A stretch of DNA of 29,042 nucleotides from Promethearchaeia archaeon (GTDB taxonomy: Archaea > Asgardarchaeota > Lokiarchaeia > Sigyniarchaeales > SOKP01), in assembly GCA_029856045.1 (NCBI GenBank), contig JAHQWG010000032.1, positions 1-29,042 on the forward strand. Reading direction: 5' to 3'. The notes under the pieces were generated by a model. The model was not told the DNA's origin. It was given only the letters and a program-made list of their open reading frames with translations, and ran no database searches. The translations under genes were made by a program, and so were the position numbers. Of the stretch, positions 16,430 through 25,034 are shown one piece after another. How positions within the stretch are numbered: the stretch's first letter is position 1; every line of letters starts with the position of its first letter.

Positions 16430-19387
16430 ATGAAATTGAAAAGAAGATTAAAGAGGAAATTTAACCTTCAATGGATTAAGCATTCTTGGATTGACCTTAA
16501 GAAAAATCCTACAAAAACTCTTTTTGGAGTTATAGGTATTTCTATTTCTCTGGCCTTATTGACAGGGATAGGAATGGTTAATGACACAATGAATTTTAAT
16601 TATATGGATATGATTACAAGCCAAACTGGCTCAGCAGATATTTGGATAATGAAGACCCTCAGCACTGATATGAGTTTTGATGTATATTTCAACCATACTT
16701 ATGTAGAAGATGCCCTAAGAGATATAGAAGAGATTGAAGAAATGTTTCCTCGAATGCAGATTCTACCCGTTGATGTAAATAATCTTGAAAACAATATAAG
16801 TGGAAGCATAATGCTTTATGGAATTGATTTTGAAAGAGAAAAAAATTCTGGAAATATTGGAGATCTTATAATTAATGATGAAAATTTAACTGAAACTGAT
16901 GAAATTTACGAAAATACACCGGAAAAAGGACATTGTGTAATTTTAAAAGCTACGGCTGTTAAATTCAACGCATCAAAAGGAGATACACTACATATCATTT
17001 ATCAATATAAAGAGACTGATTTAATTATTGATGAAATTTGTATCCAAGATTCAAAATTTAATGAATATGAAAATAATCAAATTATTATGGATATTGAACA
17101 TGTTCAAGATTGGTTAAATCAGGGTGACCAAGCATCCGTGGTAATGATTCTTTTAAGAGAGAGAGAATTTATTTATGATTCAAGTGATATTACAGGTACA
17201 AAACTGGTATTAAGAGATATTGGAGAAAAAATCCAAAAAATTCTAACTATAGAAGAGTATCAAGTTTTACTTCCAAAATTAGAAGAATTAGAAATGTCTG
17301 AATTTTCAACGATTGGACGAACAATTATGTTTTGGTTTGTCACTCTATTATCTATGTTGATAACAGGCATCCTAATAAATGGTATATTATCCACCTCTGC
17401 AGAGGAAAGAATCAGAGAGTTCGGGATTACAAGAGTATTAGGGGGAAGAAAAAATTATTCAATTAAAATGGTTTTATTTGAAGGATTTTTATTAGGTTCC
17501 ATTGGTACTATAGTTGGAATTATAACTGGATTATTTATTACACCTCCATTAGTCAATTCATTTTTTGATTTTTTTATTCAAAGGTATGGTGAAAATTTTG
17601 AATATATAATCAGCCCTCAAACGATTATTTTAGCAGTTATGGTTGGAATTATAGTATCTCTTGGTGTTGCATTACTACCTGCATTAAAGGTGGCACGAGT
17701 CAAATTAATAAAAGCCATAACCCCTTTTCAAACAAAAGAAGAAGGCTGGGAAGTAGCTAAAGAAGGTTCCATGAATGTTAGGGGATTTTTAGTTGGAATC
17801 TCAATTGCCCTAATTGGTTTATTAATTTTCATATTACTACCCAGAATTTTTACTTCAATGGATTTTATGTTAATTGCAACCTTTTTTATTGGTTTATTAG
17901 CAGCGATTGTTATTGGATTTGTTTTTGCATCTCTGGGAGTTATACCATTCATACAAACATTTTTTGTATATATTCTAATGCCTTTTTTTCGAAAATACAT
18001 ACATATTATTAAAATCAGTTTAAAAAGATACCAAAGAAGAAATTCTGGAACGATTTTAATGTTTGCACTATCATTTTCGTTTATATTTTTCTTAACAACT
18101 TCTTCTGAAATTGAGAAACAAACGTGGTCTTTAAATTTTAAAGTTCAATATGGAGCAGATTTAGTACTTGCCAATTATGGAACTTTAGAAGAAGGAAATG
18201 CTTTTACTATGGAGTCCGTAGAACAAATAAAAGAATTACAAGGTGTAGAAGATGTCGCACCGGTATTACACAATTCATTTGATCTTACTTCCTTTATGTC
18301 TTTATTAGACTTCAGTTCTGAATCAGGATTAGACTTTAGTCCAGAACGACTTCAAACCCTTATAGCACAAGCGGCGTTATTTAGTCAATATGGAGAGAGT
18401 AAGTTTTCCATATCTATTTCTGATGTCGTTGAATTTGATTCTGTCGATGTAAAGATAGTTGGAATTGATGAACGATATCTTAATCTAGTAGATCGAAATT
18501 TATTTATTTGGAAATCTGCAGGGAGTGGATTTGATGCATCATTTTCTGCACTTTTGGATAGAAATGATACGTGTATAATCTCTAAAGCAATCGCATCAAT
18601 AATAGGAGTAAGAGAAGTTGGACAAAGAATTAGATTGACTGTTAGAGATCCAAAAAAGGGAGGAACTGGAAATATCTCATTATTTGAAGTCGTTGGAATT
18701 TCTGGAGGTGTGCCAGGTTTTATTAATTTTAAATCTTCAGAAATGACTGCGGAAGATGGCGGGATTATGGTTTCTATGGATACATACATTGAACTTATGA
18801 GTTGGCCTAATGGTGGAAAACCTGAAATGATCGTCGACAAGATTTTTATAAATTTAAATGATCCAAGTGAAGATAATATTAGAGATACTAAACAATTAGT
18901 AAATGATATGTATTTGGATAATTTCTTCACTATTGATGATGCGATCTCTAAAATCAAATTTGTTGAAGAGATGAATGAAGAATTTTCTGCACTCTCAGAA
19001 ATTCTCCTAACATTTACTGTCATTATTTGTATTTTTGGATTAATCTCATCGATGTATGCAACAATTCTCGAACGAAATTTAGAAATTGGAATCTTGCGCG
19101 CCCTCGGAATGAGAGTAAAAGAAGTAAGGAATATGTTTCTATTGGAAAGCATGATTTTAATGATATCATCTGGTTTTATGGGGATGTTAATAGGAAGTTA
19201 TTCGGCTTACTTGATGGAAAGTAATTTAAGCCTCCTCACGGAACTTCCAACTATATTTTCGATTCCATTTGATACAATAATTAGAGTTTTTGGTTTGAGT
19301 ATTATTGTAGGGATAATAGGAATGTACTTAATTCTTCTTAAACTGAGCAGACAGACTTTAATGGATATCTTTAGACAGACTTTTTAA
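16430..19387 (+). CDS. Double-length FtsX/MacB-like ABC permease (permease 2, paralogue of 4782..7769)
   Basis: ERIREFGITRVLG and ERNLEIGILRALG; shared landmarks with permease 1 (LPKLE, LINGIL, RxQRRN, MFAxSFSF, DKIFI). Confidence 0.94.
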   Translation: MKLKRRLKRKFNLQWIKHSWIDLKKNPTKTLFGVIGISISLALLTGIGMVNDTMNFNYMDMITSQTGSADIWIMKTLSTDMSFDVYFNHTYVEDALRDIEEIEEMFPRMQILPVDVNNLENNISGSIMLYGIDFEREKNSGNIGDLIINDENLTETDEIYENTPEKGHCVILKATAVKFNASKGDTLHIIYQYKETDLIIDEICIQDSKFNEYENNQIIMDIEHVQDWLNQGDQASVVMILLREREFIYDSSDITGTKLVLRDIGEKIQKILTIEEYQVLLPKLEELEMSEFSTIGRTIMFWFVTLLSMLITGILINGILSTSAEERIREFGITRVLGGRKNYSIKMVLFEGFLLGSIGTIVGIITGLFITPPLVNSFFDFFIQRYGENFEYIISPQTIILAVMVGIIVSLGVALLPALKVARVKLIKAITPFQTKEEGWEVAKEGSMNVRGFLVGISIALIGLLIFILLPRIFTSMDFMLIATFFIGLLAAIVIGFVFASLGVIPFIQTFFVYILMPFFRKYIHIIKISLKRYQRRNSGTILMFALSFSFIFFLTTSSEIEKQTWSLNFKVQYGADLVLANYGTLEEGNAFTMESVEQIKELQGVEDVAPVLHNSFDLTSFMSLLDFSSESGLDFSPERLQTLIAQAALFSQYGESKFSISISDVVEFDSVDVKIVGIDERYLNLVDRNLFIWKSAGSGFDASFSALLDRNDTCIISKAIASIIGVREVGQRIRLTVRDPKKGGTGNISLFEVVGISGGVPGFINFKSSEMTAEDGGIMVSMDTYIELMSWPNGGKPEMIVDKIFINLNDPSEDNIRDTKQLVNDMYLDNFFTIDDAISKIKFVEEMNEEFSALSEILLTFTVIICIFGLISSMYATILERNLEIGILRALGMRVKEVRNMFLLESMILMISSGFMGMLIGSYSAYLMESNLSLLTELPTIFSIPFDTIIRVFGLSIIVGIIGMYLILLKLSRQTLMDIFRQTF

Positions 19388-19558
19388 ATAAAACATTCAA
19401 TAAAATATGCGAAAATTTTTTTCAAATTCTTTTTTTATAAATATACGTGTATAAATGACTTTTAGAAATTTTTTAATCTCCATAATTAAAAAACAAAGTT
19501 TTAAAGTATAAAACTTCACCGCATCATCTAACTAATCACAAAAGACTTTTTCATAATC

Positions 19559-20545
19559 TTAATTTATAGCATTTTCACTTTCTGAATTACTAATGAAATT
19601 AATTGCCTTTTTTGCACAAAAATCTATTAATTCTTTACATTCTTCACTAGACGCTCCAAATTGCTGAAATTCTTTCCAATTATTAAATATTGTATTAGTG
19701 ATATCTTTGCATTCTAAAGTGCCAGTTCGTTCTAAAAATCCCTCTATAATTTTTCTTCCACCAACGAAAACATCATTAGAGTCAGATGGTTTCATCTTTC
19801 TTTGTCTTTTTGCGGATTTATAGAACGCTCTTATATTTTTAAGCATACCTGATTCCATATAATTTACACCTGAATGAAGACTTATTGCCATAATCGCTCC
19901 AGCTATAGCACCACAAGCACCTCCTTGTAATCCTATACCGCCATCAAGTGCCACAGATATTCTTTCAAGGCGAGGACTACCAACAGATGTGCTTTTTCTT
20001 ACCTCTTCAAAAACAGTGCGAGCACAATGGAAACTATTTGAAAAACCAGTAAATTGACTCGAATCGATCTCAGGTAAAGTATCTTTGATTGAATAGAGAT
20101 GCTTCATAGCTTTAGAAGTATGTGATAAGCATCTATATAAGTTTTGGGGTAGAAAGAGTCCCATTACACCTCTTCTTTTCCACAAATTCAATTTTACTCT
20201 TTCTCGACATATTATTGTTCCATATTTTTCATGCCACCAGTTTATATAATCTTTTATGAGAGCATGAAGTTTTACTTCGTCTTCTGTTTTCCATTCTGAG
20301 AGTTTGGAATCTATTAACATCGCCAAACTTAGAGCACCGCTGAAAACAACACCACACGATGAACCCTTATTAAGAACTCCTCCTGAACATCCTGCTATTG
20401 ATTTTAAGACATCATCATCTTTTAGATCATAAGCGTCTTGAAAGACTCTAATCTGTGTTAAAGCACACTGAAAAGTCTTAATAAGTGTTCTTTTGGCTTT
20501 TGTACTCAATTTTTTTGCTTCTTTTTTGTTCTTATCTTTTTCCAT
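19559..20545 (-). CDS. C_GCAxxG_C_C family putative redox-active protein, two tandem domains
   Basis: QCA...SGGV...SCGVVFSG...ICRE and HCA...DGGIG...ACGAIAGA...ECKD...EEC. Confidence 0.85.
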   Translation of the reverse strand: MEKDKNKKEAKKLSTKAKRTLIKTFQCALTQIRVFQDAYDLKDDDVLKSIAGCSGGVLNKGSSCGVVFSGALSLAMLIDSKLSEWKTEDEVKLHALIKDYINWWHEKYGTIICRERVKLNLWKRRGVMGLFLPQNLYRCLSHTSKAMKHLYSIKDTLPEIDSSQFTGFSNSFHCARTVFEEVRKSTSVGSPRLERISVALDGGIGLQGGACGAIAGAIMAISLHSGVNYMESGMLKNIRAFYKSAKRQRKMKPSDSNDVFVGGRKIIEGFLERTGTLECKDITNTIFNNWKEFQQFGASSEECKELIDFCAKKAINFISNSESENAIN

Positions 20546-20924
20546 TCATATCACTCTAAAATCTTTATTTCTCAAAAATTTAGGTTTTGATATATTTTCC
20601 TAATTTAAATATTCAAGGCATCTTATATTTAACCTTTTTGTAATAAGTATATATCTCAGAAGCCGGAAATGAGCTCTAATAAGTTCATATAAGTAGTAAA
20701 TAATTTTGAATCTTAATGATAAAATAGATTATAATTATTGAGAGTAATCATAATTACATATTACATTATAATTTCTTGATATGCCTCTTTTCATGTAAAA
20801 TAAATATTATTTAAATGAAGATTCAATAAAATGGAACATTAAAGATATATTGTAATTAAAGATGATATAGTTGGCTCTAAGTAATAAGTTATTTATGAAT
20901 ATTTCGGTTATAACCATATTTTTT

Positions 20925-21527
20925 TTATAAATTTTGTTTAAGAAAATCCACTAATTTGTTAAATGCTTGACTTCTATGAGATAATTTATTTTTTTCTTCC
21001 ATCGAAATCTCAGAAAAGGTTTTATCTGGAAAGGTATCAGGTAAAAAAATTGGATCAAAACCAAAACCATGGCTTCCCCTCATTTTTTTAGCAATTTTAC
21101 CACTAACTTCACCTTTAAAAATTTTGATTTCATTAATTGGTTTGAAATAGAGTGCAATAACGCTTTCGAAATGAGCACAAGTTTTGGATGCTTCTCCAAT
21201 TAACTTAAGAATCCCTTTATTTCCTATAGTTTTATGAATATATGCCGAATAAACTCCCGGAAATCCATTTAAAGGCTCATCAACGAAAAATCCAGCATCT
21301 TCAACAAAACAAGATTCATTTAATTTATCCTTAACACTTTTAATTTTAAAGACAGCTACATCTCTTAAATTCTCGGTTTGTATTTCAATCGACTCGAGGT
21401 TAGAATGAAATAATTTATATTTTTGATTTAAATTAGATTTATTAAAAATTTCTGAAACTTCTTTAAATTTATGAAGATTGCCAGTGATAAAATGGATGGG
21501 TTTTTTTCCTCCTTTCATATTATCCAA
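20925..21527 (-). CDS. rdgB: RdgB/HAM1 non-canonical purine NTP pyrophosphatase (XTP/dITP diphosphatase)
   Basis: FITGN.HKF.E, VEDAG, LNGFPGVYS, GFGFDPIF, KN.LSHR. ATG 21518 is an alternative start to TTG 21527. Confidence 0.97.
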   Translation of the reverse strand: MDNMKGGKKPIHFITGNLHKFKEVSEIFNKSNLNQKYKLFHSNLESIEIQTENLRDVAVFKIKSVKDKLNESCFVEDAGFFVDEPLNGFPGVYSAYIHKTIGNKGILKLIGEASKTCAHFESVIALYFKPINEIKIFKGEVSGKIAKKMRGSHGFGFDPIFLPDTFPDKTFSEISMEEKNKLSHRSQAFNKLVDFLKQNL

Positions 21528-21660
21528 CTTAAAACTTAAAAATTGAAATAGAATTTATTTGTGTATAAATGTTTTTAATTAAATACTAATTAATTTTAAT
21601 ATTTAAAAAAATAATTTATGATTAATCTATAGTCAAAAATGGTCAATATTAAAAAAAAAG

Positions 21661-22965
21661 GTGTTGAAAATCACAGTAAATTTTGATTACATTATTTTAG
21701 GTGCAGGCATTGCCGGATTACATATTGGTGCTTTACTGAGTCAGCATGGAAAGGTAGTTGTTCTTGAAAAAACAAATGAAATTGGCGGTCGAGCTAAAGT
21801 TGTTGAAAAAAATGGTTTTAAGTTGGATTTTGGAGCCCACCCCATAAGATTTGGTCCTAAATCAGATCTTGGTGAATCTATTGAAGAAATAGGAAAACCA
21901 ATTGAATTTATTAAACCTGGAAAGATATGGGCTTTCCTAGACGATGGAACCAAAACGATCTATCCATCAGGAGGCATTATGGCAGCTATAAAAAGTAAAT
22001 TGGTCCCATTTTTCAAGACGTTGAAACTTGTGTTAAAAATAAAGAAAATGACAGAACAAGAGTTTATAGATCTTTACGATATATCTTTAGAAGAATGGTT
22101 TAATAAGGAGAATATTACCCCTAAAATTCAAAAATTCTTAACCATGACAAGCGCTACTCTCCAAGTGAATCCCTTTATAGAACGATCATCAGCCGGTGAA
22201 ACTTTACAAGATATTAGAAAAACTCTTGATATTGGAAGTGTATATTACCCAAGAGGTGGATGGAGTGAAATTTTCTCAAGGTTTTCAGATAAAATTAAAG
22301 AGAATGGAGAGATCAGATTAAAAAGCGAAGTGTCGGAGATTATTATCAAAGATGGTAAAGCAATAGGAGTTAAAATTGGAGATGAAATAATTAATGGTGA
22401 AAAAATTATTTCTACAATCCCAGTCCAGCAACTCTTTACCATATTGGATGAAAAATTATGTGATAATGATTTTATTAAGAAATGTAAAAATCTAAGGCCA
22501 ACAGCAGGAGTTTCTATTGATTTTTGTTTATCTAAACCAATTAGTGATATTGATGGAGGTATTATGCTCGAGAGCCCGCTGGGCTTTGGTTTTATTCCAT
22601 CTAATATTTCACCTGAAGTAGCTCCGGAAGGAAAATCTTTAATGACTTTTTTTACAATAACTAATGTTGAGGATATTAAAGATAAAAATAAATCTAATGA
22701 AATTTATCAACATCTCAGAAGTACAATTTTAAGATTCTTCCCGGAGATTGAAAATAATTTGGATTTTGAAAGACCATTATTTCATGAAATGATTGATGGA
22801 GTTGAGGTTAATACAGAACAACATCGATTAAAGAGACTGGGAAATAAAATTGAAGGAATTTCCAATTTATTTATTACTGGAGATTCTGTAGGAGGAGAAG
22901 GCGCTGGGGGCGATGTTGGACATACTAGCGTTCGAAACTGCTATGAAAAAATTGTCAGAAGATAA
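21661..22965 (+). CDS. FAD-dependent oxidoreductase, phytoene dehydrogenase/amine oxidase-like
   Basis: IILGAGIAG, VLEK...IGGRA, D.GAH, YPRGGW, NLFITGD. Substrate cannot be assigned. Confidence 0.9.
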   Translation: MLKITVNFDYIILGAGIAGLHIGALLSQHGKVVVLEKTNEIGGRAKVVEKNGFKLDFGAHPIRFGPKSDLGESIEEIGKPIEFIKPGKIWAFLDDGTKTIYPSGGIMAAIKSKLVPFFKTLKLVLKIKKMTEQEFIDLYDISLEEWFNKENITPKIQKFLTMTSATLQVNPFIERSSAGETLQDIRKTLDIGSVYYPRGGWSEIFSRFSDKIKENGEIRLKSEVSEIIIKDGKAIGVKIGDEIINGEKIISTIPVQQLFTILDEKLCDNDFIKKCKNLRPTAGVSIDFCLSKPISDIDGGIMLESPLGFGFIPSNISPEVAPEGKSLMTFFTITNVEDIKDKNKSNEIYQHLRSTILRFFPEIENNLDFERPLFHEMIDGVEVNTEQHRLKRLGNKIEGISNLFITGDSVGGEGAGGDVGHTSVRNCYEKIVRR

Positions 22966-23034
22966 TTACTTAAATTAACGATCCACCAGCTTTTCGAGCA
23001 TAAATATATAATTAATTGACGATTTTTATATAAT

Positions 23035-23259
23035 ATGGAATTTTCTTTTGATAAAGTTGCAAATGCACTCTACCTTCGCTTGTCTTATGAAAAAGTTCAA
23101 ACCACCGAAGAGATTGCTGAAGGCATAATAATTGATTATGGAAAAGGCGATCATATGGTTGGCATAGAAATTTTAAATTTTTCTGATCGACAGATCAATC
23201 TTAATGATATTATTCAAATGAATGCTGAAGAAATTATACCAATGATAATCCAATGCTAG
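23035..23259 (+). CDS. DUF2283 family protein (putative antitoxin)
   Basis: FD..ANALYLRL...TEE...GIIIDY.....VGIEILNFS. Confidence 0.88.
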   Translation: MEFSFDKVANALYLRLSYEKVQTTEEIAEGIIIDYGKGDHMVGIEILNFSDRQINLNDIIQMNAEEIIPMIIQC

Positions 23260-23489
23260 TAAGATTCACTAAACATGCATTGCAAAGGATTAAAATCCGA
23301 AATCTTTCTAAAGAAGAAATCCTTAATACATTAAATCAACCCAACAGTGTGAAAAAAAACTCTCATGGGAATTTAATCGCCCAAAAAATGAAGGGTAAAC
23401 ATCTATTGCGTGTATTTTATTTTATTGATGGAAATTCAAAAGTAGTTATTTCAGCATATAAGACCTCAAAAGTTAATATGCATATTTAA
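23253..23489 (+). CDS. DUF4258 family protein (RelE-like putative toxin)
   Basis: FTKHALQR...R.LS.EEI...L..P...LRVFY...VVISAY; overlaps the upstream gene by 7 bp. Confidence 0.88.
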   Translation: MLVRFTKHALQRIKIRNLSKEEILNTLNQPNSVKKNSHGNLIAQKMKGKHLLRVFYFIDGNSKVVISAYKTSKVNMHI

Positions 23490-23722
23490 AAGACATTAAT
23501 AAAATAAATTATCATCTTTTAAAGAGATAAATCCTTCATGGAGATCCACATTTTTGCCTTTTTTATGTTTTAATGAGTTCAATTTATTACTCAAAATAAA
23601 TTCTGTATGAGATAAATATTTTAATAAATCCAAAATTTTATTTATTTTATTTCTTTATACTTTTTAAATTACATCTGAACAAGCTTTAATCATATAATTT
23701 AAATTAAGTGAGTTGATTTAGC

Positions 23723-24178
23723 ATCGCACGGATGCACAGTAGAAAAAAGGGAACAAGTGGCTCGACGAGGCCAGCAAGATTAGAAAAACCTAGTTGGTTA
23801 ACAATATCTTCCTCAGAAGTAGAAGATTTAGTCATAAAACTTTCACGAAAGGGAAATTCTAAGAGTATGATTGGTACGATTTTACGAGATAGTTTTGGAG
23901 TTCCCCTAGTAAAAATTGCCACTGGAAAAAAGATTAATCAGATTCTGGAGGAAGCCAAAATTGAGGAAAAATTACCTGAAGATTTAGGCAGTCTTGCTAA
24001 AAAAGCTACTAATCTGCGAAAACATCTAGAGACTAATAAAAAAGATTTAGACTCTAGGAAAGGATTGCAAAGAACGGAAGCTAAAATTTACAGATTAATT
24101 AAGTATTATAAAAAGAAAGGAGTTTTACCTGCAGATTTTAAATACATTCCAGAAGAAATAAAAATATTATTGATATAG
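23723..24178 (+). CDS. rps15: 30S ribosomal protein uS15 (S15P/S13e)
   Basis: (I)ARMHSRKKG.SGS.RP, IG..LRD.FGVP, LPEDL, HLE.NKKD, GLQRTEAKI.RL.KYYK. First ATG is at 23732, but the conserved N-terminus extends to an ATC at 23723. Confidence 0.97.
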   Translation: MARMHSRKKGTSGSTRPARLEKPSWLTISSSEVEDLVIKLSRKGNSKSMIGTILRDSFGVPLVKIATGKKINQILEEAKIEEKLPEDLGSLAKKATNLRKHLETNKKDLDSRKGLQRTEAKIYRLIKYYKKKGVLPADFKYIPEEIKILLI

Positions 24179-24197
24179 TCATAAAAAAGGCGTTATT

Positions 24198-25028
24198 ATG
24201 AGTAAGAAAGGAAAGAGAGAGAGAAGAAAGACCGATACTTGGAGAGAGAAAACTTGGTACGATATTTATGCTCCTAAATCTTTTAAAAATCAATATATAG
24301 GTAAAATTGTAGGAAAAAATCCAGACTTTATTTTAAATCGAACAATAGAAACGTTGTTATACGATTTTACGGGAGACTTTCATGATATTACAACAGTCTT
24401 GCGCTTTAGAGTTTTAAAAGTTGAGGGAAATAGTTGTGAAACATATCTTGTTGGGCATCAATTGACAAAAGATTTCATTCGTTCATTAATTAGAAAAGGA
24501 GTTTCAAAGGTTCAAATGATAAATAATTATAAAACAGTAGATAATTATATTTATCGTATTACTAGTGCTTGCACAACAATTAAAAAGGCGAGGTCCAGTC
24601 AGATCGTTACAATCAGGCGAATTATAGATGATATCTTGAATAGTTTTGCTAGAGATCTAAAGCATGAAAAATTTATTCGTGGTATGATATATGGAGAATT
24701 TTCACACCAAATGAAAAGGGTTGCAAAAACGATATATCCGCTTTTCGAAGCAGTAATTATTAAATCAAAACTGATCTCCTCACCTAGTTTGGAGGATCAA
24801 GAAGCACCACCAAAAGAAGAAGATTTTGAAATTATTGAGCCTGAAATTAGAAGGACAGTAAAATCTCAAATTGCACGAGCTAAGAGAGTTAATGTCCAGA
24901 AGTTAACATATAAGAAGCAAAGAGCGGAAAAAATGAAATCTGCACAAAAAGAGAAAGTGGAACAAGAAGTATCTGATAAGAAGATAGAAGAGAATATCAA
25001 TGAAGAAGTAGTTGAGGTTGAAAAATAA
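24198..25028 (+). CDS. rps3ae: 30S ribosomal protein eS1 (S3Ae) with long charged C-terminal extension
   Basis: D.W..K.WYDIYAP..F, R.IET.L.D.TGD, LT.DFIRSLIRK, KTIYPL...I.KSK. Confidence 0.96.
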   Translation: MSKKGKRERRKTDTWREKTWYDIYAPKSFKNQYIGKIVGKNPDFILNRTIETLLYDFTGDFHDITTVLRFRVLKVEGNSCETYLVGHQLTKDFIRSLIRKGVSKVQMINNYKTVDNYIYRITSACTTIKKARSSQIVTIRRIIDDILNSFARDLKHEKFIRGMIYGEFSHQMKRVAKTIYPLFEAVIIKSKLISSPSLEDQEAPPKEEDFEIIEPEIRRTVKSQIARAKRVNVQKLTYKKQRAEKMKSAQKEKVEQEVSDKKIEENINEEVVEVEK

Positions 25029-25034
25029 ACTACT

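Noticed and set aside
18385-19152. 255-aa antisense ORF inside permease 2
   Set aside because: Fully overlaps a well-supported gene, is Ser/Ile-rich with no motifs, and is typical of a codon-bias shadow frame.
20546-20924. 379-bp intergenic region as an ncRNA or element remnant (short gctctaa...taagtt similarity near 20673 and 20874)
   Set aside because: AT-rich, no GC-rich stems, and the matches are too short to exceed chance.
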